Shown: positions 17,340-27,302 of the stretch, in pieces
How positions within the stretch are numbered: position 1 is the first letter of the stretch
How the letters are laid out: each line of letters starts with the position of its first letter
Origin: Candidatus Babelota bacterium
GTDB taxonomy: Bacteria; Babelota; Babeliae; Babelales; Vermiphilaceae
NCBI GenBank assembly: GCA_029262555.1
Contig: JAJCZE010000016.1
Location: forward strand, 25,129-89,128
Length of the DNA stretch: 64,000 nt
Direction: 5' to 3'
Program-made: the position numbers and the translations under genes
Notes under the pieces: model-generated
Database searches by the model: none
Told to the model about the DNA's origin: nothing
Seen by the model: the letters and a program-made list of their open reading frames with translations, nothing else

Positions 17340-19078
17340 AGGTTTGCGCCCTCAAAAGAAAGATCTATGCCTGTTAACTCAATATTAACTCGTCCATTCC
17401 AATGGTTTTCTTGTACATTTGCAGCCAAATTAAATGAATCGCCTTCACGCTCCATCAGTTGCGTATAAAGCTCTGGACGATTGAAAAAAATCACCGGTTT
17501 TATTACGCCATCCGCAAACACCGAACATTTCACATGCAACTCTTTTAAAAGCTTTGGCTTTTGTACCAATACCACATCTGAAATTAAAAAATTTGGCTGT
17601 TTATTATTGCATCCAAATGGCTCTAAGTGCCGTAGATCTTGCATGAATTTTTGAGAAAAATCACTCAGTTTACCCTCAGCGTCAACCACTAATTTTTGCT
17701 GTAAATCTTCTGCTGTTAATGTATCTGAAACAATTTTTTCTAACGATTCTTTAAGGCGTGGAAGGTTACCTTTTTTAATCGCCAAACCTGCCGCTTGAGA
17801 GTGTCCTCCAAATTGCTCAATCCACTCAGAGCTCGCTTGCAGCGCATCAAACATATTAAACTCTGGAATTGATCGGCATGAGCCTTTTAGCATTCCATCT
17901 TTGGTTTCATGAAATAAAATAGTTGGCTTTCCGTATTTACCCACGAATCGAGAAGCTACAAGTCCAATTACTCCCGGAGGCCAATTTTTACTTGAAGCGA
18001 TAATAACGTTTTCATCGATTACATTCACCACTTCAAGATCAATCATCTGCTGCACTTCAGCTATAATCGATCGTTCAATTTCTTTACGCGCTTCATTCAG
18101 TTCAAAAAGCACTTTTCCTACTTGCGTAACCTCATTCTCATCAGAGCCTATTAAAAACTTAACGCCCTGTCGCGGATCTTCAAGGCGGCCCAATGCATTA
18201 ATTTGCGGCGCAATAGAAAAGCCAATATCTAAAGAAGAAACATGCGGCCGAACCACTTTGCCATTTTGCTTTAATGTTTTAAATGCAAAACTTTCCGCAT
18301 TATTCACATATTGCAATCCATGCCGCACCCAAAATCGGTTTTCTCCGAGCAATGGCACTACGTCTGCAACTGTCCCTAATAACAATAACTCATATACTTT
18401 TTGAGGAAGCTCTTTGCCCTTTTGCTCGTATAAAAGCGAAAGTAATTTGAACGAAACACCAACACCCGCAAGCTGTTTAAATGGATAGGTGCACTCATTT
18501 TGATTTGGATTTACAATCGCAAACGCATCAGGAAGTTCAGCATGTTGACGGTGATGATCTGTAATAATTAAATCAACGCCCAACTCTTTTGCTTTCAACG
18601 CCGGATCAAATGCGGTGATTCCATTATCTACGGTAATAATAACTTTGTATCCATTACGCGCAGCGCGCTCTACAATTTTAGTAGATAAGCCATAGCCATC
18701 TTTTACGCGATGCGGAAGATAAAAGTTTACATTTGCGCCAAGCGGCAATAATGACGTCATCATCAACGCTGATGATGTAATGCCGTCAACGTCATAATCA
18801 CCAAAAATTAAAATCGGCTCTTTATTGGCAATCGCATACAAAATTCGATCAACTGATTTTTGCGCATCTTTCAGTAAAGAAGGATGAGCTACATCTTTCT
18901 CTAAAGAACTAAATAAAAAAGAGTTTATCGCATCATGATCGGTATATCCCCGAGATAATAACGTGTGAGCAATCGGCATCGAAATATTGTATGTAGACGC
19001 AATATGCGCAATATGCTGAGAATCTGTTTCTGGAAGCTTCCAGAGATATTTTGAACCAGGAATTGTTTTCATATACAC
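17336..19078 (-). CDS. recJ: Single-stranded-DNA-specific exonuclease RecJ
   Basis: DHH family motifs DYDVDGITS, TVDNGI and ITDHH, plus the DHHA1 motif GGHSQAAG. Confidence 0.92.
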   Translation of the reverse strand: MYMKTIPGSKYLWKLPETDSQHIAHIASTYNISMPIAHTLLSRGYTDHDAINSFLFSSLEKDVAHPSLLKDAQKSVDRILYAIANKEPILIFGDYDVDGITSSALMMTSLLPLGANVNFYLPHRVKDGYGLSTKIVERAARNGYKVIITVDNGITAFDPALKAKELGVDLIITDHHRQHAELPDAFAIVNPNQNECTYPFKQLAGVGVSFKLLSLLYEQKGKELPQKVYELLLLGTVADVVPLLGENRFWVRHGLQYVNNAESFAFKTLKQNGKVVRPHVSSLDIGFSIAPQINALGRLEDPRQGVKFLIGSDENEVTQVGKVLFELNEARKEIERSIIAEVQQMIDLEVVNVIDENVIIASSKNWPPGVIGLVASRFVGKYGKPTILFHETKDGMLKGSCRSIPEFNMFDALQASSEWIEQFGGHSQAAGLAIKKGNLPRLKESLEKIVSDTLTAEDLQQKLVVDAEGKLSDFSQKFMQDLRHLEPFGCNNKQPNFLISDVVLVQKPKLLKELHVKCSVFADGVIKPVIFFNRPELYTQLMEREGDSFNLAANVQENHWNGRVNIELTGIDLSFEGANL

Positions 19079-19129
19079 ACTAACAGTAAATAAGATTATG
19101 CAACTACAGTTAATGTACCCTAGTTCATT

Positions 19130-20860
19130 CTAGATTCCAAATTTACCTAGTTTTTGTTTGGCTTGTGTCGCTTTCTTTTTGCCATATTCAAATAATGAAA
19201 TAGCTTTTTCATACAAATCTGGAGTGCCCGCTTTAACAGCAACCTCTTGCCATATTTCTTGCGCATGAGCGCGCACATTACAATCCATGAGTGTTATTAT
19301 TTGATGAGCCAGCGCCACAGTATACTGCCCTGAACGAGGTGCAATCCCCTTAGTAGTGCCACAACACGTTGAAAGATCCAAAGAAAGTAACACTTTCATT
19401 TCAGGAAATTCTTTCTGTTTTTGGAACAGTAATTCCGTATCTTTTACCAACGGAATATATATCACCGTTGGCACAGATGGATCTTTTTCGTTTCTAAAAA
19501 TTGAAACTGCCCTTTCTGCTGCATTCTTGTAAGAAATAGAAGGAAATTTCAGTTTTTTAGAACGTGCATATTTTTCTACCTTTTTTAACTGATTTAAAGA
19601 AGAAACATTTCCAGACGCATCAATAAAAATAAGAATATCGGGCGAACGATCTTTTCGCATTCCACTCACTGGAGGATACGGTAAGTTAAAATCAAGTGCC
19701 GCATCTACCATCTTTAACGTATCAGCATCTTTAAAAGGAGAATGTTTCATCCCTTTCGTAAAGTTAAATACCTGTGCGGATGTAAAACGGGATGTCCCAT
19801 ATCGATTAATCATTGAATCAATAATTGAACGGGCGAGCGAATTCTCAACATCCACAAAGCGCGTATGCTTATAGAGAGTTTTTAAATCTGCTGCAAACGC
19901 AGATCCAAACGTTCCTAAATTAAATCCAAGCGACTTTTCTGGCTTGTATCCTATTGATTTTTTATTCAAAAATGCTCGCCCCAAAGCCCATGATGGAATT
20001 GAAAACCCATTCGTCCCTTTTACTGCTGGCTCAATCGCTACATCCCACGGAGTGTATGCATACCAATAATGTGGAATATTTTGATCAGCACTCACTGCAG
20101 TATAAATAGGAATAGGCATCGCACCAGTATTCATTGCAGCAACTTGCGATGAAAGCTTTTCAGTTTGATTTCCAAATAACACATTTGAAAGCATCCCGCC
20201 AAATAGATCAACCAACGTCACCGGCATATCATACGCCACATTAACCAAAAGCAATGACGATATATCTCCAGCCTCTAAGCGACTCATGCTTGTTACATAT
20301 CTATCCGCAATGCGAGATACAAAGTGCTGAGCATACTGAGTAGCTGAAAGTGATTCTTTGTGTAATGCAGATTGCACCCACGATCCAATTGCCCACGTAG
20401 ATCCAGAAAGAGTACTTTGCCATAAAACAGCATCAAGCAATCCCGATTTTTCAAGCCCAGAAAGAGCTCCCAGCGTTGCTAGAGATGCGCGAAACCCTCC
20501 GCCACTCGCCACGATAGCTATTTTTGGCGCCTTTTTCACTTCACCCAATTTTGACTGCACCGCATTAGTAACGTGTTTCATACGCTGCGCAATCGCCTGC
20601 TTTTCACCAAAAGAAACAGCATTTGAACTTTCAACATGCGCCACTGAAGCGCTATGCAAAGAACTCCACAACTTTGGAAATCGCTTTTTTACTCCATCTT
20701 TAAATGCTTCCTTCATACGAGATGGCGCGCTCTTGAGTGCTTGCCACGTTGTAGGAAACCATCCCTGCTCAGTTTGATTTAAAGGCTCAGCAAGCAAAAA
20801 GGTAACTCCAAAAATAAGCGTGAAAAAAACAAATCGGAATCGAACATTTCGATTATTCAT
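19130..20860 (-). CDS. Secreted cPLA2-like (PLA2_B / lysophospholipase catalytic domain) phospholipase
   Basis: Signal-like N-terminus (FRFVFFTLIFGVTFLLAEP). SGGGFRA oxyanion motif, nucleophile elbow LSGSTW, and an Asp motif VDAALDFNLPYPP. These closely resemble the SGGGFRAM / GLSGSTW / D-x-G-x-x-FNLPYP triad regions of eukaryotic cytosolic phospholipase A2. Confidence 0.8.
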   Translation of the reverse strand: MNNRNVRFRFVFFTLIFGVTFLLAEPLNQTEQGWFPTTWQALKSAPSRMKEAFKDGVKKRFPKLWSSLHSASVAHVESSNAVSFGEKQAIAQRMKHVTNAVQSKLGEVKKAPKIAIVASGGGFRASLATLGALSGLEKSGLLDAVLWQSTLSGSTWAIGSWVQSALHKESLSATQYAQHFVSRIADRYVTSMSRLEAGDISSLLLVNVAYDMPVTLVDLFGGMLSNVLFGNQTEKLSSQVAAMNTGAMPIPIYTAVSADQNIPHYWYAYTPWDVAIEPAVKGTNGFSIPSWALGRAFLNKKSIGYKPEKSLGFNLGTFGSAFAADLKTLYKHTRFVDVENSLARSIIDSMINRYGTSRFTSAQVFNFTKGMKHSPFKDADTLKMVDAALDFNLPYPPVSGMRKDRSPDILIFIDASGNVSSLNQLKKVEKYARSKKLKFPSISYKNAAERAVSIFRNEKDPSVPTVIYIPLVKDTELLFQKQKEFPEMKVLLSLDLSTCCGTTKGIAPRSGQYTVALAHQIITLMDCNVRAHAQEIWQEVAVKAGTPDLYEKAISLFEYGKKKATQAKQKLGKFGI

Positions 20861-20933
20861 AAAGACTCCCTTTTCATATATGGATACACGTTATACAAAA
20901 AGAACACGCACCCACAAGAGAAAAACGATAGGT

Positions 20934-22445
20934 CTATTTTTTCTTTAATGTTGGAAAGAGGATCACGTCCTTAATAGAAGTGGTATTAGTAATGAGCATC
21001 GTTAAGCGATCAATTCCCATGCCGTAGCCAACTGTTGGCGGCATTGCGTGTTCAAGTGCAGTAACATACTCTGCATCGTAATGATGCGCTTCTGCATCCC
21101 CTGCATCTTTTGCAGCAGCTTGTGCCTTGAATCGCTCAGCTTGATCAAATGGATCATTCAACTCATTAAATGCATTGGCCAATTCCATACCCGCAATAAA
21201 CATCTCAAATCGAGATACAAAATCAGGATGTTCTGGATCACGCTTTGCAAGGGGAGAAATCTCTACTGGAAAGTGGGTGATAAATGTTGGCTGAATAAGT
21301 TTTGATTCAACGAGTTGATCAAAGAGCTCAAAAAGCTTTTGCCCCCATGACGCATTATCTACTACTGAAACATCGTGCTTTTTCAATGTTGCATCAATCG
21401 CGTCATCAGCAAGATCAGCATCTGATATGCCCGCATATTTAATAACTGCATCACGCATGGAAATACGCTCAAACGGTTGTGAAAAATCGATCTGATGATC
21501 GCCAAATTGCACGGTCATATCATCATTCACTGCTTTTACAACGCGCTGAATCATCGCTTGGCTAAAATCCATCATCCACTGATAATCTTTATGCGCAATA
21601 TAAATCTCAACCATTGTAAATTCAGGATTATGCCGAGTCGAAATCCCTTCATTTCTAAAGCTTCGATTGATTTCAAATACACGCTCCATACCACCAACTA
21701 CCAATCTTTTCAGGTAGAGCTCTGGTGCAATGCGTAAATAAAAATCGCTACTTAATGCATTATGATGCGTTACAAATGGACGCGCCACAGCCCCACCCGG
21801 AATCGGATGTAGCATCGGCGTCTCCACCTCTATGCACTCATGCTCATTTAAATAATTACGAATTTCACGAATAATTGCAGATCGTTTAATAAAACGTTCA
21901 CGGCTTTCTGCATTACTAATCAGATCAAGATAGCGCTGACGATACTTTGTCTCTACGTCGGCAAGGCCATGAAATTTTTCTGGAAGCGGATGTAATGATT
22001 TTGAAAGTAACGTTACATGCGACGCCTTGAGTGTGATTTCACCCATTTTAGTTTTAAACGAATGCCCTTTTATCCACAAAACATCCCCAACATCTACAAA
22101 ACGATCAAACGTATCAAAAGCCTCATCGCCAAGCATGTCTTTACGTATATAAATTTGAAGCGTTCCTGATGGGTCTTGAATATGGCCAAACATTGTTTTG
22201 CCATGCCCACGTAATGAAACTAAACGACCCGCAATTTCATACTCACGAGACTCTTGATCATCCTTAAACTCATTCTGCACATCTTTTGTAGTCGCATTGA
22301 TTGGCTTGAATTCTGGCCATGCTTTCAGACCAGCTTCTTTCATTGCAGCTACTTTTTCAACGCGGACTTGATGTTCTTCTGATGGAGTTCGTTCCGGAGA
22401 CTGTGAATGCGGTTCGTTTTTTTTCATGGACAATGTACTTTCCAA
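20934..22445 (-). CDS. lysS: Lysine--tRNA ligase (class II)
   Basis: N-terminal OB-fold anticodon-binding domain. Class II motifs FRNEGISTRHNPEFTMVE and GMGIDRLTMLITN. Confidence 0.95.
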   Translation of the reverse strand: MESTLSMKKNEPHSQSPERTPSEEHQVRVEKVAAMKEAGLKAWPEFKPINATTKDVQNEFKDDQESREYEIAGRLVSLRGHGKTMFGHIQDPSGTLQIYIRKDMLGDEAFDTFDRFVDVGDVLWIKGHSFKTKMGEITLKASHVTLLSKSLHPLPEKFHGLADVETKYRQRYLDLISNAESRERFIKRSAIIREIRNYLNEHECIEVETPMLHPIPGGAVARPFVTHHNALSSDFYLRIAPELYLKRLVVGGMERVFEINRSFRNEGISTRHNPEFTMVEIYIAHKDYQWMMDFSQAMIQRVVKAVNDDMTVQFGDHQIDFSQPFERISMRDAVIKYAGISDADLADDAIDATLKKHDVSVVDNASWGQKLFELFDQLVESKLIQPTFITHFPVEISPLAKRDPEHPDFVSRFEMFIAGMELANAFNELNDPFDQAERFKAQAAAKDAGDAEAHHYDAEYVTALEHAMPPTVGYGMGIDRLTMLITNTTSIKDVILFPTLKKK

Positions 22446-22509
22446 AAAAGAGATTAATTTCTACTATTTGTGAGCTTTTAGCATACCTCAATAGAAGCAA
22501 TTTGTCATA

Positions 22510-23124
22510 CTACTTGCCCAGGATTCCACGATAATTCTCTTCTACTTTATCCCAATCAACCACATGCCACCATGCCTCAATATAATCAGGGCGACGATTT
22601 TCATATTGCAAGTAATACGCGTGCTCCCATACATCCAAGCCTAAAATCGGCTGCGCACCCTTCATCACCGGCGAATCTTGATTAGGTGTCGTTACTACAG
22701 CAATGTCACCACTTTTATCCATTACAAGCCACGCCCATCCGCTACCAAATACTGTTTTTGCAGCTCCTGAAAACTGTTGCTTAAATGCATCGAATGATCC
22801 AAATTTTTTAGTAATTTCATCACCAATCTGCCCGCGCGCAGACCCTCCACCATTTTTTTTCATAACTTCCCAAAAAAAGGTGTGATTAAAATCGCCGCCC
22901 GCATTATTGCGGACTGCAGTGCGAATGTTTTCTGGAAGAGTATCAAGCTCGGTGAGTAAGGTTTCGAGGGATTTTTTTTGCAGCTCAGGAAACTTTTCTA
23001 ATGCTTTATTTAAATTATTTACGTATGCCGCTTGATGCTTATCATGATGAAGTTCCATAATGCGTGCATCAATATAGGGTTCCAATGCGCCAAAATCATA
23101 GGGAAGTGGTCTCAACGTAAACAT
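22510..23124 (-). CDS. sod: Fe/Mn superoxide dismutase
   Basis: HHDKHQAAYVNNLN and the DVWEHAYYLQYENRRPDY signature. I prefer the start at MFTLRPLPYDF (23124), because the upstream 22 codons are not SOD-like. Confidence 0.93.
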   Translation of the reverse strand: MFTLRPLPYDFGALEPYIDARIMELHHDKHQAAYVNNLNKALEKFPELQKKSLETLLTELDTLPENIRTAVRNNAGGDFNHTFFWEVMKKNGGGSARGQIGDEITKKFGSFDAFKQQFSGAAKTVFGSGWAWLVMDKSGDIAVVTTPNQDSPVMKGAQPILGLDVWEHAYYLQYENRRPDYIEAWWHVVDWDKVEENYRGILGK

Positions 23125-23262
23125 GCTATTCCTTTTTGTTTCATGGTAGATAATGAAGAATAAGGTATCGAGGAACCCGTTGAAACACAAGCATTCTTTA
23201 CATTCTCAAAAACTGCTGGTACTACTTATGAAATTTCTCTTACTACTCATGAAAGGATCACT

Positions 23263-23601
23263 ATGAAAAAAACAATCCTCGCTCTTTGTGCTTTCATTGT
23301 AATGGGATATGTACACGCAGAAAGATCATCAACACCCGATGGCCTACCTGAACTTTTTATTACATTCATGACTCACGATCTCGAAATAGAAGATCATTTA
23401 AATCGCAGTGATTTCATTCAAGGATTTAACCCCTCTAATCGTACTCGCGATATGACTTTAAAAGCATTATCTATCGCAAAGCGAACAGCTGAAGGTGTCG
23501 GTATTGGCGTACTGGCATACGGCACTCTACTTATACGACTTATGCCTGAAGATGGCTTTCAACTTGATGGCGAATGCCCTGGAAATATGACTCTTCCTTA
23601 A
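23263..23601 (+). CDS. Hypothetical small secreted protein
   Basis: RBS-like AAAGGA and signal-like MKKTILALCAFIVMGYVHA. No family recognised. Confidence 0.55.
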   Translation: MKKTILALCAFIVMGYVHAERSSTPDGLPELFITFMTHDLEIEDHLNRSDFIQGFNPSNRTRDMTLKALSIAKRTAEGVGIGVLAYGTLLIRLMPEDGFQLDGECPGNMTLP

Positions 23602-23614
23602 AAGCAGGATTACA

Positions 23615-23950
23615 ATGAATAAAAGTATGTTACTCGCATTTGCACTCTGCTCATTTTCATTCATTACGCAGGCAAGCCCCTATAATAAAGAAGATCAAAT
23701 GAAAGAAGTGGGAAAATATATTGCCCAGAGTGCACGCTGGATAGCTCAAAATCCAGGGCGGTCAGCAGCAGAAGCGGGGCCTTATGTAGTTGCTCTTGCT
23801 TGCTATTGCTATCCCGATCAGGCTGGCACGGTAGCTTCATTTATCGCTGAAGAAGTTGCAACAGGAAAAGCTTGTTTTGATGCTCTCAGAATCATAGCGC
23901 CCGCATTTGAACGTTTTGCAGACCATCTTGCTCGGCGCAGGATGAATTAA
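23615..23950 (+). CDS. Hypothetical small secreted protein
   Basis: It follows the previous ORF after 13 nt. Signal-like MNKSMLLAFALCSFSFITQA. No family recognised. Confidence 0.55.
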   Translation: MNKSMLLAFALCSFSFITQASPYNKEDQMKEVGKYIAQSARWIAQNPGRSAAEAGPYVVALACYCYPDQAGTVASFIAEEVATGKACFDALRIIAPAFERFADHLARRRMN

Positions 23951-24023
23951 AACTATTTCAAAAGTCTGCTATACTGGCCTTTTAGGGATTCATTACGTAT
24001 ACACAATGGAGTAGGCCAGTATC

Positions 24024-25889
24024 ATGTCTATCTTAATGCTCAAAAACATTTCTCTTCGCTTTGGTGAACGAACCATTTTTGATGATATTTCTGTTGATTT
24101 TCAAGCTGATCAAAAAGTCGGCATTGTTGGCCGTAACGGCGCAGGTAAATCAACCCTTTTAAAAATCATTTCTGGGATGGACAAACCTGATAGCGGCGTT
24201 GTCTCAAAAGAGCGTGGAAAAACGATTGCGTATATGGCGCAAGAAATGGTCTTGGAATCGAGCAAAACTATTTATGATGAAGCATTCACCGTATTTGAAA
24301 TTTATACGGCACTCGAATTAGAGCAATCTGAGATTGAAAAACAGTTAGATACCGCTCCTTCAAACGCGGAGCAGCTTCTTGAGCGCTACATGCAGATTCA
24401 AGAAAAACTTGCACAATTTAATCGCATTCAAGCCGAAAAACAAACTGAAGAGATTTTAATTGGTCTTGGGTTTAAAAAAGAGCAATTCACTCAACCGGTT
24501 CAAGAATTGAGTGTTGGGTGGAAAATGAGGCTTGTACTTGCAAAACTCTTATTGCAAAATGCTGACTTTTATCTTTTTGACGAGCCTACTAACCACTTAG
24601 ATATCACCGCAAAAGAATGGTTTTTTGAATTTTTACGAAATGCTTCATTTGGCTATTTACTTGTTACGCACGATCGCTACTTTTTACAAAAAGCGTGTGA
24701 TATTATTTTTGAACTTTCTCACGGGAAAGGCACGCTCTATCACGGCAGCTACAATTACTACATTGAGCAAAAAGAAGAACGCAATCGCGTACAGCAATCA
24801 GCATACGAGCGCCAACAGCGTGAAATTGCAAAAAAGAAAGAAACAATCGATCGATTCCGAGCAAGTGCAAGTAAAGCTAAAATGGCCCAAAGTATGATCA
24901 AGCAACTTGATCGTATTGAGCTGATTGAAGTTGAGCCACCCGAGCCAAGCATTCATATTTCATTTCCAGAGCTCAGCCGTCCGGGCAAAGTAGTCCTTTC
25001 CGTAGATGGCGTATCGCATGCATTTGATGATAAAAAACTATTTAATAATGCAACATGCGAAATTGGCCGCGGCCAAAAGGTCGCACTTTTAGCTCCGAAC
25101 GGGACTGGTAAAACAACGCTCTTTAATCTTATTTCTGGAAAACTGCCCCTTCAAAATGGAACTGTTGAATTTGGGCACAACGTACAGCATGCGCTTTTTG
25201 AGCAAGATCAAACCCGTGCACTCGATGCAAATAGTACCATTTTTGACGAAGTTCAAAATAATACACGCAATGTCTCTGATGGCATGATTCGAAGCTTCTT
25301 AGGATCGTTTCTCTTTTCTGGAAAAGATGTTGAGAAAAAAACAAAAGTATTAAGTGGTGGCGAAAAAAACCGCGTAGCAATGGTAAAAGCATTACTCCAA
25401 AATGCTAACTTTTTACTTCTCGATGAGCCTACCAACCACCTTGATCTTTTTGCAAAGTCGGTACTGCTTCAAGCGCTCAAAAAATATCCTGGTACAATTT
25501 TATTCGTTTCTCACGATCATGACTTTATTCAAGAATTGGCTACCGATATTTTAGAGCTTTCTCCAAATGGCCTCTATCATTATCCAGGAAAATACGAAGA
25601 TTTCTTGCAGGATACCAAACAGCATGAATCTACTGCGCAAGAAGCTCCTGCAAAAGAATCTCAACCCAAAGAAAAACCTGCCGAGCTTTCTACACAAAAA
25701 CGACGTGATATCAGAAAAACTGAGCAAAAAATTGCCAAACTTGAAAAGCAATTAGAAAAGCTCAATCTAGAAATCAGCTCCCATACGTATGGCACCCCGG
25801 AGTTTACCGAGCTCTCTCAAAAAATCGATTCCGCTCAAAAGCAACTCATTGAGGCTGAAGCCAAATGGGAAAAGCTGCAAGGCAATTAA
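24024..25889 (+). CDS. ABC-F family ATPase (tandem ABC domains, no TM domain)
   Basis: Two ABC cassettes: Walker A GRNGAGKST and APNGTGKTT, signatures LSVGWKMR and LSGGEKNR, Walker B LFDEPTNHLD and LLDEPTNHLD. There is an inter-domain linker and a C-terminal coiled-coil tail. Confidence 0.9.
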   Translation: MSILMLKNISLRFGERTIFDDISVDFQADQKVGIVGRNGAGKSTLLKIISGMDKPDSGVVSKERGKTIAYMAQEMVLESSKTIYDEAFTVFEIYTALELEQSEIEKQLDTAPSNAEQLLERYMQIQEKLAQFNRIQAEKQTEEILIGLGFKKEQFTQPVQELSVGWKMRLVLAKLLLQNADFYLFDEPTNHLDITAKEWFFEFLRNASFGYLLVTHDRYFLQKACDIIFELSHGKGTLYHGSYNYYIEQKEERNRVQQSAYERQQREIAKKKETIDRFRASASKAKMAQSMIKQLDRIELIEVEPPEPSIHISFPELSRPGKVVLSVDGVSHAFDDKKLFNNATCEIGRGQKVALLAPNGTGKTTLFNLISGKLPLQNGTVEFGHNVQHALFEQDQTRALDANSTIFDEVQNNTRNVSDGMIRSFLGSFLFSGKDVEKKTKVLSGGEKNRVAMVKALLQNANFLLLDEPTNHLDLFAKSVLLQALKKYPGTILFVSHDHDFIQELATDILELSPNGLYHYPGKYEDFLQDTKQHESTAQEAPAKESQPKEKPAELSTQKRRDIRKTEQKIAKLEKQLEKLNLEISSHTYGTPEFTELSQKIDSAQKQLIEAEAKWEKLQGN

Positions 25890-26007
25890 GCGCCTCTCTT
25901 TAAGCACCATAAATCCTTTTCATTTCATATAGAGCAAAACTATATATCCACCCCCACGCCCAATCATTCCAAACTGAATTAAGTTACAATAAAAGCTTAT
26001 ATTTCGC

Positions 26008-26035
26008 TTGCTTTTTAAAAAAATAAGAGGATAAT
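26008..26035 (+). promoter_or_regulatory. Candidate sigma70-type promoter for the AAA+ cassette
   Basis: TTGCTT, 16 nt, GATAAT, about 50 nt upstream of the ATG at 26088. This is a sequence match only. Confidence 0.35.
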
Positions 26036-26087
26036 CCAAAAGTAGAAGTAAGTATTTCTTTTACATTTTTTCCTAAAGGGTTTTATC

Positions 26088-27302
26088 ATGATGCTCAAGC
26101 AGGTATCATGGAGACGTAGTAATCGAGCCCTGTTTCTTTTCTCTCTTCTATTAGTTCCAACCTATTTATTTTCTGGTGATCCCGATGCCTCTGGATGCGC
26201 TACAAAAGCCGCAGAGCAAGCAGCAGACGCAACTGCAAAAGCCGAAGCAGCAGCCAGATCTAAAGCCGGTGCCGGCGCTGGTGTTGGTGGCGAACCTGCG
26301 CCACCACGTAGAGGTATTTCTGAAGCAGACTTTTTTCCCTGTTCAGAAAAAGAAATCGCCATTCAAGAGCGAATTTTAAGAACTCAGGGAGAAGAAGTTA
26401 ATAGCCTTCATAAAACATTGGCTAGGCAAAATCGTGTAAATAGAGTTGTCCTCTTTCATGGCGAACCTGGGGTAGGAAAATCAGATGGCGCAATAGGGCT
26501 TTGTAGGCGTATGAATCTTCGCTTAATGCGTATAGATCGTCATCAAATTAGCTCAGGCTCCTATGGTACATCTGGCAAAAAGCTTGTCAAAAGATTGAAC
26601 AGCGCCGTAGCTGAGTCAGATTGTTGTGGAATATTTATTGATGAATGCGATAAGATTTTTGATCATCCAGAACAGCAAAATAGAGACACCGCACAAACCG
26701 CAAATGATTTTTGGGTATGGACTGACGACTTTAATAAGCTACCGTCAAATAAGCGCATAGTTATTCTTGCCGCTAATGATATTACACATTTCCCGCAACC
26801 ACTTTTATCACGACTATCAGGTATGATATATGAATTCCATGGGCCAACAAGCCCAAAGGATAAAGCTGATGCGCTTGCTTCTTACTTTCCTATGTATCCA
26901 GATTTACCTCTCGCCTATATACAAAAAGCACAATGGCTTTTTACGAAGTATCCTAAACTTACGGGGCGAGATTTTCAGCTTATTTACCAAAAAGCCTTAG
27001 ACTATGCTGGCGATGATGATGTAACCATGGATCATGCTCAACGAGCAATCGAAAAAATTCATCAAGAGCGGCTGGATAGCAAGTATTATGATGAAGACGA
27101 AACGCCTCAAGATCAAGCAGAGCGCCATTTCAATTGGAATAGTAGATTTCAGCTTGCAAATAGCGCACTAAATGCGGGCTGGACCATATTTAAAATAGGA
27201 AAAGCAATACATAAGTGGCATCAGGGAGACACTGATGGGGCCTCTCAAGACGCACAAGACGTTGCAGGGGCTGCTGTTGATGCCTTACGAGGTGAACAAT
27301 GA
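26088..27302 (+). CDS. Membrane-anchored classical AAA+ ATPase (single AAA module)
   Basis: N-terminal hydrophobic anchor (ALFLFSLLLVPTYLF) and an Ala/Gly-rich linker. The AAA module has Walker A GEPGVGKSDG, Walker B GIFIDECDKIF, sensor-1-like ILAANDITHFPQPLLSRL and a helical lid. The stop overlaps the next start (ATGA). Confidence 0.85.
   Translation: MMLKQVSWRRSNRALFLFSLLLVPTYLFSGDPDASGCATKAAEQAADATAKAEAAARSKAGAGAGVGGEPAPPRRGISEADFFPCSEKEIAIQERILRTQGEEVNSLHKTLARQNRVNRVVLFHGEPGVGKSDGAIGLCRRMNLRLMRIDRHQISSGSYGTSGKKLVKRLNSAVAESDCCGIFIDECDKIFDHPEQQNRDTAQTANDFWVWTDDFNKLPSNKRIVILAANDITHFPQPLLSRLSGMIYEFHGPTSPKDKADALASYFPMYPDLPLAYIQKAQWLFTKYPKLTGRDFQLIYQKALDYAGDDDVTMDHAQRAIEKIHQERLDSKYYDEDETPQDQAERHFNWNSRFQLANSALNAGWTIFKIGKAIHKWHQGDTDGASQDAQDVAGAAVDALRGEQ

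Noticed and set aside
26150-26300. Locally GC-rich Ala/Gly-rich segment at the start of the AAA+ gene. A 66-aa antisense ORF (26162..26362) and a 67-aa alternative-frame ORF also lie here.
   Set aside because: It is best explained as a flexible Ala/Gly/Pro linker between the membrane anchor and the AAA module. The overlapping ORFs are composition artefacts.
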